IMG/VR virus record: IMGVR_UViG_3300027971_002004
Coordinates: 1 to 58,257 of that record
Direction: 5' to 3' (one strand)
Origin: a virus
Taxonomy: Duplodnaviria > Caudoviricetes
DNA: 58,257 nt
Part shown: piece by piece, positions 10,190 through 19,764 of the stretch
Layout of the letters: each line of letters starts with the position of its first letter
Numbering within the stretch: position 1 is the stretch's first letter
Program-made: the position numbers and the translations under genes
The notes under the pieces: model-generated
Told to the model about the DNA's origin: nothing
The model's input: only the letters and a program-made list of their open reading frames with translations
Database searches by the model: none

Positions 10190-11555
10190 ATGTTTTACAC
10201 TTCATATAAAAATCTATCATTTCAGGGAATGCGTTAAAAAAGTCTAACGATCTTCTTTCTGATAATTGGTCAATGTTTTTACTAAAATCTGAAAGTAAAT
10301 TAACATCAGAATTAGTTCCGATGCTATTCTTTAGCTCATATAACTGGGTGATATACTCTTCCCATGTTCCAAATAAATAACCATCAGGTCTATCTTCTTC
10401 ATTTTTTAATATTTCTATAGCATCATCTACGTATGACCTATAGCTAGGTGGTAATATAGTTGTACTTAACCAGTTAGGATATACCACAGTGCCTCCACGT
10501 AGATTTATTGGGATACCATACTTGCGTTGAATACTAATAACCCAGTTAAAGAAATTAGGTAAATCAGAAACGCACAATGCATTCAAAGCCAACATTAAAT
10601 TTATTGAGACACATTTTTTATTTTCCATCTTACTTATTAATGATAGCATTTGATCGATATTAGAAGTAAATCTTTCCCATTTTGTGCCAGTTCGTATAAA
10701 CTCAGTTCTCTCACCCACTGATTCAAGACTGATATTCAAGTCTAATACTAAATCAGTATTAGCAATTCTAGGAATTAAGTCCATAAATTTATTAAAATAT
10801 TGTTCAGGCGTATTAAAGTTAGTAACAACTGACAAATATACAGGTCTATTAACTTTTACTTCACTAAATTTAATTAAAATTAAATCAATGTATTCATATA
10901 ATTTACTTATGATTAATGGTTCTCCACCAATGAATCCAATAATTGTTGTTGTGTTGGCTACTCTATCATAAAACCATTCCCACCAAGCTTTTTCTAAATT
11001 AGAATTTGCAATCGGGTCAACATCTTTACTAAAGTTTATAGGTATTTCTTTATATTTAATTTTTTCAGTAATCCATTGAGTACTAAAAAATTCATTACAA
11101 TACACACACTTTAAGTCACATGTATTACCTAATGCTATCTCAACGTTATTTACAAAATCTATATTTGTTGCCAAATCATCTTTTTGTTCATCAGTTAGAT
11201 TCATCAACATGTTTTTTATTTCTGGAGCCTTTTTACCCTTATAGTGATTAGCGTGTTCAACATATTCCGCAAATCTATTAAATCCATGACCATGTCTTGA
11301 ACTCTTTAATCCGTTGTTTTCTAACTTCCAACAATAAGAACAATTATCTGTTTGAATGCCATTTAACAAATCTAGTTTAGCTTGTCGAATAGGTTCAAAT
11401 TTTGTAAAAATATCTTTACCTAATCTAGTAATATCCTCATTTGAAATTTTATGATGTTTTGAATGACAGCACATGCTAATTTCATTATTAGCCAAATTAA
11501 CAATAGGATAGTCCCATGCTTTTTTACATAGAGTATTGACGATATTATTTTGCAT
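10182..11555 (-). CDS. Radical SAM enzyme with N-terminal SPASM/twitch domain
   Basis: LCKKAW...MCCH...CSYCW; CDLKCVYC; IGGEPL; VTN; EFIRTG. Start may be 11555 or 11567. Confidence 0.87.
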   Translation of the reverse strand: MQNNIVNTLCKKAWDYPIVNLANNEISMCCHSKHHKISNEDITRLGKDIFTKFEPIRQAKLDLLNGIQTDNCSYCWKLENNGLKSSRHGHGFNRFAEYVEHANHYKGKKAPEIKNMLMNLTDEQKDDLATNIDFVNNVEIALGNTCDLKCVYCNEFFSTQWITEKIKYKEIPINFSKDVDPIANSNLEKAWWEWFYDRVANTTTIIGFIGGEPLIISKLYEYIDLILIKFSEVKVNRPVYLSVVTNFNTPEQYFNKFMDLIPRIANTDLVLDLNISLESVGERTEFIRTGTKWERFTSNIDQMLSLISKMENKKCVSINLMLALNALCVSDLPNFFNWVISIQRKYGIPINLRGGTVVYPNWLSTTILPPSYRSYVDDAIEILKNEEDRPDGYLFGTWEEYITQLYELKNSIGTNSDVNLLSDFSKNIDQLSERRSLDFFNAFPEMIDFYMKCKTYE

Positions 11556-12597
11556 TTCTATCACCAAACAATGTGAAATCTTTCTTAGTATAACCTTTTA
11601 AAAATATTCCGTCCTTTGATGGGCCTAATAATACATCATAGTTGTTATCCTTAATAGGAACAATTGCCCATGTACAATAATCAACAAAATTAGGTATTTC
11701 TTTAAGCTTGTTCTCAACTTCTAAAGTATATTCGGTTGTGTTTGGCTTCATCATAATTTTAACTTCAAGATGGCCTGTTTTACCCTTACCTTCTCTCTCA
11801 ACTTTAGTTTCAACTATTCCTTTAACAACTTCTAGGAATTTTTCCTGATTCCATCCTTCATAATGAACACTTAAATTAAGATCTCCGTAAGTAATAAGTT
11901 CTTGATAATAATCAGGTTTTCTGCTACCGTTACTATGCATACTGAGATTATATCCCAATACATTTATGTAACGACACCAATCTAAGAACGCCGCATTAGC
12001 AGTTGGTTCTCCGCCTGTAATAATAAAATTACAACTACTATCTCCGATGAATTCGTCTTTTATTTTATCAGTGGCTGTCATTAATTCTTCTAAACCTTTA
12101 TGAGCTTCATAGTTATTGTGAATGTGAGGCCAGCAATAAGAACAATCATAGTTACACCTACGACCTATTTCCCAATGTACTTGTTTGAAACTAGTACCGT
12201 ATATTCGTTCCATAGCTACAATATTATCTATAGAATCAACTTTCTTTGACATATCTGTTTCAAGTTCTTGTTTTTTTCTAAGTAACGGAATATACTCTAA
12301 CGTTTTAACTTTGGGTATGAATAAGTCTGCTCCACAACTACAAATACTTTTATAGCATTTAGGCCATTCTTTGGGTGTTTCAAATTTAGAAAACACATTT
12401 CCAAGTGAGCCACCTTGTTCACAGGATGCTCCAAATATTTCTCCGTCAGAATTAATGAATAAATTTTCAACCCCCATACTGCAGGCCCATCCATTCAGAT
12501 AATTTAATTGTTGTCCTATAAAATCATCTGTTCCAAAATCTTTCCAATTACCCGCGGCATCATATGCTCGTAGTGGTTTTCCAGGAGTTGTGTCCAT
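11545..12597 (-). CDS. Radical SAM enzyme, SPASM/twitch-like domain N-terminal
   Basis: GWACSMG...DGEIFGASC...LGNV...CYKSICSCGAD, then CNYDCSYC, TGGEPT, HSNGSR. Confidence 0.87.
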   Translation of the reverse strand: MDTTPGKPLRAYDAAGNWKDFGTDDFIGQQLNYLNGWACSMGVENLFINSDGEIFGASCEQGGSLGNVFSKFETPKEWPKCYKSICSCGADLFIPKVKTLEYIPLLRKKQELETDMSKKVDSIDNIVAMERIYGTSFKQVHWEIGRRCNYDCSYCWPHIHNNYEAHKGLEELMTATDKIKDEFIGDSSCNFIITGGEPTANAAFLDWCRYINVLGYNLSMHSNGSRKPDYYQELITYGDLNLSVHYEGWNQEKFLEVVKGIVETKVEREGKGKTGHLEVKIMMKPNTTEYTLEVENKLKEIPNFVDYCTWAIVPIKDNNYDVLLGPSKDGIFLKGYTKKDFTLFGDRNAK

Positions 12598-13547
12598 TAA
12601 ATTACCTTCTCTTTCGTACTCATTATATCAAAATTACAATGGCACATAGTTTTATTACAAATAGTTGGTGCTATAGGTACTTCAAAATCTTCAAAAATAT
12701 TACCAATCTTTCCGCCTACTCTGCACCAGCCTCTAAACACGTCTCCTGATAAGTCTACAATAATTTGTTCAACACCTACATAACATTTCCATCCTGACCA
12801 ATCGTTTGTTTTTTCACTTAAAAATCTATGTGAACTGGATGTTATCTCTGTGTTATCTTCTGCAACCATTTTCATAGCACCACGATAATAATCAAAAGAC
12901 TTGTCGTATTTTATATGTTTAACAATTAATTCATGCTGTTTATCAAATATATTTTGTTGGGACTCTGTATATTCATACATTACTTCTCCAAAATCATAAA
13001 TCAATGGTTGCAATGCCATAGAAATATTTGTAATATTTTTTATTTTATTAGCTACTGCGTAACAAAAAGAAAACTTATCAGGACTCATCATAATATTTAC
13101 ATGAGTACGAACATCGTTATGTAACAATTTAACAACTTCTACAAAGTGATCTGCTTCAGCAAATTCAGGGTGAAAGCTCAAACATACGTGGTCGAAATAT
13201 TTCTTGTTATCTTCCCACCACCGTAACGTTCTACTACCATTACTGATTAATCCAACTTTGGCTCCCAATTCAGTGCAATGTTTGCATATCTCTACAAAAT
13301 GTTTGTATAGTGTAACTTCACCGCCGGTTAACTCAAAATAAACTTTACGCGGAGCAACTTGTTCTACCACACGTGTAATAAAGTCTTTAACTTTTTCTAG
13401 TTCAGGCCATTTCACACTACCTGAGTGAAGATTTTCTGGGCAATAACTACATTCAAAGTTACAAGTATTGCCCATACACCAATTAACTACAAACCAATCT
13501 TCATGGCTCGGAGTATTATGTACTAACTTAATATAATTATGTTCCAT
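12597..13547 (-). CDS. Radical SAM enzyme, SPASM/twitch-like domain C-terminal
   Basis: CNFECSYC, TGGEVT, ISNGSR, then GWKCYVG...GDVFRGWC...IGNI...CNKTMCHCNFD. Start at 13547 gives a TAATG overlap with the upstream stop. Confidence 0.87.
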   Translation of the reverse strand: MEHNYIKLVHNTPSHEDWFVVNWCMGNTCNFECSYCPENLHSGSVKWPELEKVKDFITRVVEQVAPRKVYFELTGGEVTLYKHFVEICKHCTELGAKVGLISNGSRTLRWWEDNKKYFDHVCLSFHPEFAEADHFVEVVKLLHNDVRTHVNIMMSPDKFSFCYAVANKIKNITNISMALQPLIYDFGEVMYEYTESQQNIFDKQHELIVKHIKYDKSFDYYRGAMKMVAEDNTEITSSSHRFLSEKTNDWSGWKCYVGVEQIIVDLSGDVFRGWCRVGGKIGNIFEDFEVPIAPTICNKTMCHCNFDIMSTKEKVI

Positions 13548-14500
13548 TACCATCCTTCTATTTTTCTAATAACATCCATCTCTTTAACTAACGGACCGAT
13601 ATTGTATTTATCGGCTAAGTAATGTCGCTTGAAGAACAGGCTTTGTTCTGCGTTATGTATACACATCGGTAAGCCTAGCTTATCATGTAATGCCTCACCT
13701 AATAAGTTTGCTTCAACTTCAGGATCTCTATGTAAATGTTCTTCCCACAATACAGTATAGTTATCAAACCATTGTACATTATGCGGGTCCCATTGTGTTA
13801 ACATAGTCATGTATGTGCCTAATCGTGCACCATAAATAGCCCACAATCCATTCTCTACGTCACTACCAATGTTATGCCAAACAGTTAGATTGTTTAAGTT
13901 ACGTGTAGCAACAGTTTCTTTAAATTCATCAATCGTGGGTCTTGCACCACGATTTAAACTCATCTTTACACCCTCACGGAAGCCAGCTCGCCATGCTTGA
14001 AATGGTGTATGATTAGGATAAGTTGTACTGTAACAATCATACATAGCCCAGTATAAATTATCTTTGCTATCTAAACAGAAATCAGCAATACGTGTTTCAT
14101 CTCCGTCAGTTTGATTCTCATGTGTTTTCATATTCATCACATAAGTTTTTGTCCAACTGCTCATCCCACCATTGCCATAACGTAATCCATTAATACTATT
14201 AGTAGCTTTCCAACGATATTGCGCTAGTTTGTATGTAGGATCTTTATCAGTAAAATCTAATTGCATGTTGAAAAACGTTTCATCAGGCATGTTATCACCG
14301 TCAATTAAAATAAAACGCTCAGTATCGCTTGCAATTGCGGCCGCTTTGTGTGCCGCATCACTTCCCTTAACGTTGTCAACACGTTTAGCCCAAGGCACCA
14401 TGTTCTTAATCTTAAGCCAGAATTCTTCTTTCTGTGGTTCATCATAGCTAAGATAGATACAATCTAAATCTGCTACATCAATGATATCATTGGAGTTCAT
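13547..14500 (-). CDS. Putative GT-A fold glycosyltransferase-like protein
   Basis: DCIYLSYDEP, VKGSDAAHKAAA, RFILIDGD (DxD), YGNGG, QAWRAGFREGVKM. Confidence 0.6.
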   Translation of the reverse strand: MNSNDIIDVADLDCIYLSYDEPQKEEFWLKIKNMVPWAKRVDNVKGSDAAHKAAAIASDTERFILIDGDNMPDETFFNMQLDFTDKDPTYKLAQYRWKATNSINGLRYGNGGMSSWTKTYVMNMKTHENQTDGDETRIADFCLDSKDNLYWAMYDCYSTTYPNHTPFQAWRAGFREGVKMSLNRGARPTIDEFKETVATRNLNNLTVWHNIGSDVENGLWAIYGARLGTYMTMLTQWDPHNVQWFDNYTVLWEEHLHRDPEVEANLLGEALHDKLGLPMCIHNAEQSLFFKRHYLADKYNIGPLVKEMDVIRKIEGW

Positions 14501-14846
14501 ATATCTTTAATTTCCATTTAGTTGTTTTACCGTCATATGAGCTATCAGCTATGATACTAATATCATCTGCTATACATTCTACCCCTTCATCCATATTAGG
14601 CATTAATTTATATACCACTGATTTGGGACTAGCAGTTGAGATCCTGCCATCAATAACTCTTATGTCCGGTCTTGCGGCTGCAAAAGTTAGAGCATCAATT
14701 ACAATGTAATTACCGGTCATTGATTTGTCACCGGTATAACATATTACGCTACCATTACTATCATAGTATAATCTGAACTCAGGTGGTTCCATTTTAGGTT
14801 GTTCCCATATAACTACATATTCCTGTTGATTATCTTCTGTACTCAT
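14487..14846 (-). CDS. Hypothetical protein
   Basis: 119-aa ORF overlapping both neighbours; no recognisable motif. Confidence 0.75.
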   Translation of the reverse strand: MSTEDNQQEYVVIWEQPKMEPPEFRLYYDSNGSVICYTGDKSMTGNYIVIDALTFAAARPDIRVIDGRISTASPKSVVYKLMPNMDEGVECIADDISIIADSSYDGKTTKWKLKIYELQ

Positions 14847-15598
14847 TTTATACTCTCTAATATTTTATCACTAAAATTCTTTATATGATAGTGAAAAGGG
14901 TATCTTTGCGGAATAGTTTGAATTCTAATATGATCTGGTAAACACTCATACACAAATGTGTCAGTCCAATTTTCAGTTGGTGTTTCATTAATATATTGTT
15001 TCATATGTACCATTGTCATATCAGTAAACGTTGGCATCATTGTGGTTTCAACTCCCATAATATGACAAGCAATAGCATATGCCCAATCAGTTGTGGCTAA
15101 TTCTTGTGCATTACATTTTAATGAGGCTTTATAATGATCCCACTTCTCGAACACATCTCTTACTATAGCAAAAAATTGTTTAGCAGTATCAGACTTTTTA
15201 AAATAAGTAATTGCATTGTATGCGTCGGGTAAATTATTATCATCTATAAATCTGCGATACACTCTATTATCTGATATATCTTGTTTGTAATTTCTAATAG
15301 CACTTGATACTACCAAGTCTCTGTGTGATAAAACGTCCCACCAATAGTCAATATTTTTTGGAATATACATATCTGATTCTAGTTTGATTGTATATTCATA
15401 TGGGCTAGCATCATATACTTGCCAATCATTTTGTAACTTCCAATTGGTATTAGGTGATTGATCACCATGCGGCAACATAGCGGTAGTTACTATAGTTATG
15501 TTAGCATCGGGCATTACTCTTTTAATACTCTTTTCCAATGCAGAAGCACATTTAACGTAGTCATCACCTTGCGCCATAATCACAAAACCTTTATTCAT
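14843..15598 (-). CDS. Putative glycosyltransferase (GT-A, GT8-like)
   Basis: KGFVIMA...DYVKCA...SIK, ASPYEYTIKLESDM (degenerate DxD), TDWAYAIA. Paralogue of 15595-16395. Confidence 0.65.
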   Translation of the reverse strand: MNKGFVIMAQGDDYVKCASALEKSIKRVMPDANITIVTTAMLPHGDQSPNTNWKLQNDWQVYDASPYEYTIKLESDMYIPKNIDYWWDVLSHRDLVVSSAIRNYKQDISDNRVYRRFIDDNNLPDAYNAITYFKKSDTAKQFFAIVRDVFEKWDHYKASLKCNAQELATTDWAYAIACHIMGVETTMMPTFTDMTMVHMKQYINETPTENWTDTFVYECLPDHIRIQTIPQRYPFHYHIKNFSDKILESIK

Positions 15599-16395
15599 AC
15601 TAACTCCATAAAGTTTTCTTTATTCATAACGTGAAAATCTATATCTTTGGCAATAATATATTCTTTACGAATTTTACCTCGTTGCCAATTATCAAACACT
15701 ACAGTATATTCATTATTAAACATATCATCATCATTTTTATAAACCATAGTATTCTTTCCAATGTGAACTAAATTCCATGGAATTAAATCTTCTACGGTAA
15801 AAGTATTACCATTACTAATACGTGTTGCAAGAGTTATAGCATAATCATTGCGATAAGGAGATGGAACGAATCCATGTAAATTCGCATAATGTTCATAATT
15901 ACGCTGAACCATACCCATTGAGTTAAATATTTGTTCTGCTCGTTTAGTTTTATTAAATCTAATCACAGTAGCCCATAATGTTTTAAAACCATATGGATTT
16001 AACATCTCTATCTGTGGTGTATTGTACATTAAGAAATGTGTATCTTCATGGCAACAAAAATCAGTGGGCAACTCAAACGTCTTTAACAGTTTGGTTGAAT
16101 TAACTAAGTAATCGGTGTCTATTAATAATGTTTCATCATACGGGCTTAATTCAAATGCCCGATATCTACCTTTATTAATCCATGTTCCGCGATCTCGTTT
16201 GTTACTTGTATCCGCAGTAGCCAATATCGTGTTGTCAAATACATAATCAATATTTTCAGGTATAGAAGTAGTATCCGTTATAATTGATACAGGTAAGTCC
16301 AAAAAGTGATTAATACGTTTAGCTGTTGCTACAGCCATGTCATAGTAATTGAATTTGGAAGAATTAAACGCAAATAGTATTACACCTTTGCTCAT
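15595..16395 (-). CDS. Putative glycosyltransferase (GT-A, GT8-like)
   Basis: KGVILFA, KGRYRAFELSPYDETLLIDTDYL (DxD), RNDYAITLA. Confidence 0.7.
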   Translation of the reverse strand: MSKGVILFAFNSSKFNYYDMAVATAKRINHFLDLPVSIITDTTSIPENIDYVFDNTILATADTSNKRDRGTWINKGRYRAFELSPYDETLLIDTDYLVNSTKLLKTFELPTDFCCHEDTHFLMYNTPQIEMLNPYGFKTLWATVIRFNKTKRAEQIFNSMGMVQRNYEHYANLHGFVPSPYRNDYAITLATRISNGNTFTVEDLIPWNLVHIGKNTMVYKNDDDMFNNEYTVVFDNWQRGKIRKEYIIAKDIDFHVMNKENFMELV

Positions 16396-16697
16396 CGTTT
16401 TTTCTCTAGTTCAACCCACTCAGTGTACCATTCTTCCATGATTGATTTATAAACTGTATTAAGTTTAGACAACAATGATTGTCGGTTTATTTTAACTGGG
16501 TTATTAAAATTATCTATTAGAACAATCTCATCTTCATTAGAAGAAGTAAGAAAGTTGATTGTTGCTAGATTGGCACTCCACAAGCCATTTTGGTCAGCTA
16601 CGATAAGTTTACTTTCGTATTTGTCTTTTAAATATGCTTTAGCAGAATTATGATTGAAGCGGGCCTTGGCTTCGGTAATTAAAGTCTTTGTATCCAT
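16392..16697 (-). CDS. Hypothetical protein (possibly tail-fibre assembly related)
   Basis: 101-aa ORF with GGAG RBS and CTAAATA box upstream, directly after fibre-like genes. Function suggested from position only. Confidence 0.7.
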   Translation of the reverse strand: MDTKTLITEAKARFNHNSAKAYLKDKYESKLIVADQNGLWSANLATINFLTSSNEDEIVLIDNFNNPVKINRQSLLSKLNTVYKSIMEEWYTEWVELEKKR

Positions 16698-16744
16698 GTA
16701 ATCTCCTAAGAGTATTTAGATAGATACAAAGACCTATAAAAAAA

Positions 16745-17695
16745 TTATGAGCCTGTGACTGATCCAGCTAGTGTAATTGTACCCCAAGTATTAGCCAAAT
16801 TAGTTGTTTCTGGAGCTTGCGCTGTAACAGTTACAGTTGAGCCTGACCCAACTGTTAATCCGTCTGGAACTTCATCCCAAACTGTATATAATGTTACAAC
16901 TGAGCCTGCATCACCATTTGAACCTTGAGTGCCATTTGACTTAGCAACAACACGAATGAATGAGTTAACATAAGCTGTAGCACCACCTGCCAATTGAGTG
17001 AATACGTTGGCATTACTTGTTGTCATTGCAAAGTAACCACTATTAGTGGAGATAGTAGGAGCACCGCCACCACCACCTATTTTAGTAATACCATTGTATG
17101 ATACTGAAGCAATTGTGATTGTACCTGAAGTTGGCGCAGACATTACGACTGTGCCTACATTACTTGCTAAACCATTGAATAATAGGTTGCCAGCACCTGA
17201 TGTTGCGGCATGGGCACATGTTATTTTTAATTGTCCGCCCGAGTTGAAGAAATATCGTGCGGCATCACCATTAGCAAAAGTAGCAGTATGTGTGAAAGTA
17301 ATAGCATTAAGCCAACTACTACCATATGCAACAGCATTAGAACCGGTTGCACCCTGTGTTGCGGCATTCAATCTAGTTGAATAAATTGATGTTAAGTTAG
17401 TAGGAATATTTCCTTGATACGCAATTGAACCACCTGCGACCGGAGAAGTAACAGTAGATAATGATGTACCTTGATGTGAGGCTGAACTTGCTGTTTTACT
17501 AATAAGATTGGCCCATTTAACGGCAGTAACTACGTCACCGATTGCTACCGTTGCTTCAGCAGTTTGACCATAACCTGCAGTTGTTCCTCCTGTAGACCAA
17601 ACTGTATTTAATGTACCGGAAGCTGTATTTGGGTTTGTGCCCACTAGACCATTATAGTCAGCGGCTAGAATTGTTGAACCTGTTGCGTAAGTCAT
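16745..17695 (-). CDS. Virion structural protein, tail fibre/baseplate-associated
   Basis: G/S/T/A-rich, FANGDAARYFFNSGG motif, AGGA RBS, position in the tail module. Confidence 0.65.
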   Translation of the reverse strand: MTYATGSTILAADYNGLVGTNPNTASGTLNTVWSTGGTTAGYGQTAEATVAIGDVVTAVKWANLISKTASSASHQGTSLSTVTSPVAGGSIAYQGNIPTNLTSIYSTRLNAATQGATGSNAVAYGSSWLNAITFTHTATFANGDAARYFFNSGGQLKITCAHAATSGAGNLLFNGLASNVGTVVMSAPTSGTITIASVSYNGITKIGGGGGAPTISTNSGYFAMTTSNANVFTQLAGGATAYVNSFIRVVAKSNGTQGSNGDAGSVVTLYTVWDEVPDGLTVGSGSTVTVTAQAPETTNLANTWGTITLAGSVTGS

Positions 17696-17704
17696 TTATT
17701 TTCC

Positions 17705-18940
17705 TTAATTAATTTTAACGAAGGCTTCTATTGTGCCCATATCGTCTGTTGTTTTATTTTCTAATGAGCGCCCAATTATATTAAATGCAGTTGCTTCACC
17801 GTTTGATGCGGCACGGGCAATTCCTTTGCCCGCACTTACTAATCGCTCACCTTTTTTAACTTTACCAGTCACTTTAACTTTAACTCGACCACCAACTGCA
17901 ATAGGAGGGTGAGTTGTGTCATTGCCGGCTGCTGAATTCATTAAATATGCCGCAGTGTCTGACACAACACCAAATACAGCATCACTTAACTCATATTGAA
18001 CAGCAGTAATTTCTTTGTCGCCGCCCAGTTCAACTACTGTACCTGCATCATAGTATGCGTCAGCTTCAAATCTTTCTGCCAAGTCAGCATATGTTGCATT
18101 AAGTCTTGAGCCTGAAGTTAGTGACCAATTGCCTGTAATATTACCGGCTGTAATATTTGCTCCAGTAGTTAATGTGTTGCCAAAATGTGTTGCACCAGTA
18201 GTACCCACTTGACCTGTAAATGTCGGTAGATATAAAGCCACATTACTGTTTGAATATGATCCTGCAAAACTGATTGCTGAACCATTGGCATAATAATAAT
18301 AATCTGTTCTGATACCTACATTGCCTGAACCTGTCACTACTAGGTTACCGCCAGTTACCCACATACTTGTACCAGCTACACTGTTGGCAGTACCTGCACC
18401 GTTTGAAGTTACTACACCTGTCATAGATAATGCAGTTGATTGTGAGCCTGCGTTAATACTTTGAGTAAATAATGATCCTACATTACCGGTACCAATATTA
18501 GCAGTTCCTGAACTAATATTAGCAGTTGAACTAACTGATATATTAGTAAACTGCCCGTTTGCACCATTTACGTTATTAACGGCAGTAATATTATTTGCTG
18601 ACAAATTACCGGTGACCTGTACTGAACCAAAAGTAGATGTTGAGTTCGCTGAACTTACTGCTAGTGAAACCCATGCATTTGCGTTTGACAATCCATCTGT
18701 TGGACAAACATATAAAGTATTAGCGTTTGTGTTATACCATAATTGACCAGTTAATGGATTCGCAGGAGGCGTAGTGTCTGCAAAATTTTCTAATTGGTGT
18801 ACGAAATTTGTGTCTAATTGCTGACCATAACCAGCATAGTTTCTTCCTGGAAGACCCACTGATGTGCTAGTCGTGTTTATGGTTCCGTCAGCGATGGTTG
18901 TCAGTATAGTTCCATCACTTTTTACAATTGTATATGCCAT
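17705..18940 (-). CDS. Tail fibre/spike with C-terminal intramolecular chaperone (peptidase G2-like) domain
   Basis: N-terminal GRNYAGYG..LENFA...PANPLTGQLWYN; N/S/T/G-rich shaft; C-terminal YADLAE...GTVV...GVVS...PIAVGGRVKVKV.GKVKKGERLV...IIGRSLE. Confidence 0.75.
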   Translation of the reverse strand: MAYTIVKSDGTILTTIADGTINTTSTSVGLPGRNYAGYGQQLDTNFVHQLENFADTTPPANPLTGQLWYNTNANTLYVCPTDGLSNANAWVSLAVSSANSTSTFGSVQVTGNLSANNITAVNNVNGANGQFTNISVSSTANISSGTANIGTGNVGSLFTQSINAGSQSTALSMTGVVTSNGAGTANSVAGTSMWVTGGNLVVTGSGNVGIRTDYYYYANGSAISFAGSYSNSNVALYLPTFTGQVGTTGATHFGNTLTTGANITAGNITGNWSLTSGSRLNATYADLAERFEADAYYDAGTVVELGGDKEITAVQYELSDAVFGVVSDTAAYLMNSAAGNDTTHPPIAVGGRVKVKVTGKVKKGERLVSAGKGIARAASNGEATAFNIIGRSLENKTTDDMGTIEAFVKIN

Positions 18941-18973
18941 GTTGAATTACTCCGGGGTTCTATTTTATTTATC

Positions 18974-19594
18974 TTAAATTGTCACTAAGTTAGTTAGTGC
19001 TTGGATTCTAACTGTATAATCAATTTGAATTTGTCTATTTAAACTCTTTTGTACTGGGTGGAAAATAACATGTGTTAATAGTCTTGTTATCACATTTCCA
19101 TTGGTATCAGTACCGTAATTAGCTAATAAACCTAATTCATCAAAAATATAGCTGGAATCAGTTTGTGTGCTATTATCAAATGCTGCCTGACCTGACGGCT
19201 CGCCGTAGTCTAGTAGACATTGTACCAAAATGTCTGTATATACACGTCCTGTCGTGTGTGATACAGTCATTTTATTTCTTGTAGGGTCTAGATTGAAAAC
19301 ACTGGTATCATCTACGATTTTAGCGTAAGTTTGATTGTATAGTGCCGCATTTTGGCCCGTCGTATTTGGGGGCAAATAGGTGATGACTCCGGTCTCGTCA
19401 ACTGACGCACCACCGTTACCAAATGCCATTTGATAGATTTCTCCGTAACCACGACTGCTTAATGTGTCAGCAATTGCTTCTGACATATTCTCATAGTTGA
19501 TAGCATTGTGTTTATCAACAAAAACTTCGCCGTTGTTAGGGTCATATACCTTTAAAAAACCCTCTACTTTATATGATAGTGTTATTACTGACAT
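18974..19594 (-). CDS. Phage structural protein (baseplate/fibre attachment region)
   Basis: 206 aa; MAFGNGG, FDELGL, LLTHVIFHPVQKS, IDYTVRI pattern; position in the tail module. Confidence 0.65.
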   Translation of the reverse strand: MSVITLSYKVEGFLKVYDPNNGEVFVDKHNAINYENMSEAIADTLSSRGYGEIYQMAFGNGGASVDETGVITYLPPNTTGQNAALYNQTYAKIVDDTSVFNLDPTRNKMTVSHTTGRVYTDILVQCLLDYGEPSGQAAFDNSTQTDSSYIFDELGLLANYGTDTNGNVITRLLTHVIFHPVQKSLNRQIQIDYTVRIQALTNLVTI

Positions 19595-19749
19595 TAGTTA
19601 TCACCCCGTGTTTGAACCAATACTTCTTTAGTATTTGGATCTGTAATTTTTAAAAAAGATGAGAAATAAAACCCTCCAGACTCATTGGGTTTAACTTCTG
19701 CCCTAACATCAGTTTGAGCATTTTCTGTATTTTCTTGTTTATTATTCAT
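19594..19749 (-). CDS. Small 51-aa protein (not in ORF track)
   Basis: MNNKQENTENAQTDVRAEVKPNESGGFYFSSFLKITDPNTKEVLVQTRGDN*; ATAAATA box at 19755-19761; TAATG overlap with the next gene. Confidence 0.75.
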   Translation of the reverse strand: MNNKQENTENAQTDVRAEVKPNESGGFYFSSFLKITDPNTKEVLVQTRGDN

Positions 19750-19764
19750 TTACTTATTTATCTT

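Noticed and set aside
679-16697. Classical RiPP cluster with precursor peptide
   Set aside because: The genes are nearly gapless; I saw no short precursor ORF, peptidase or exporter in the window. One could lie outside it.
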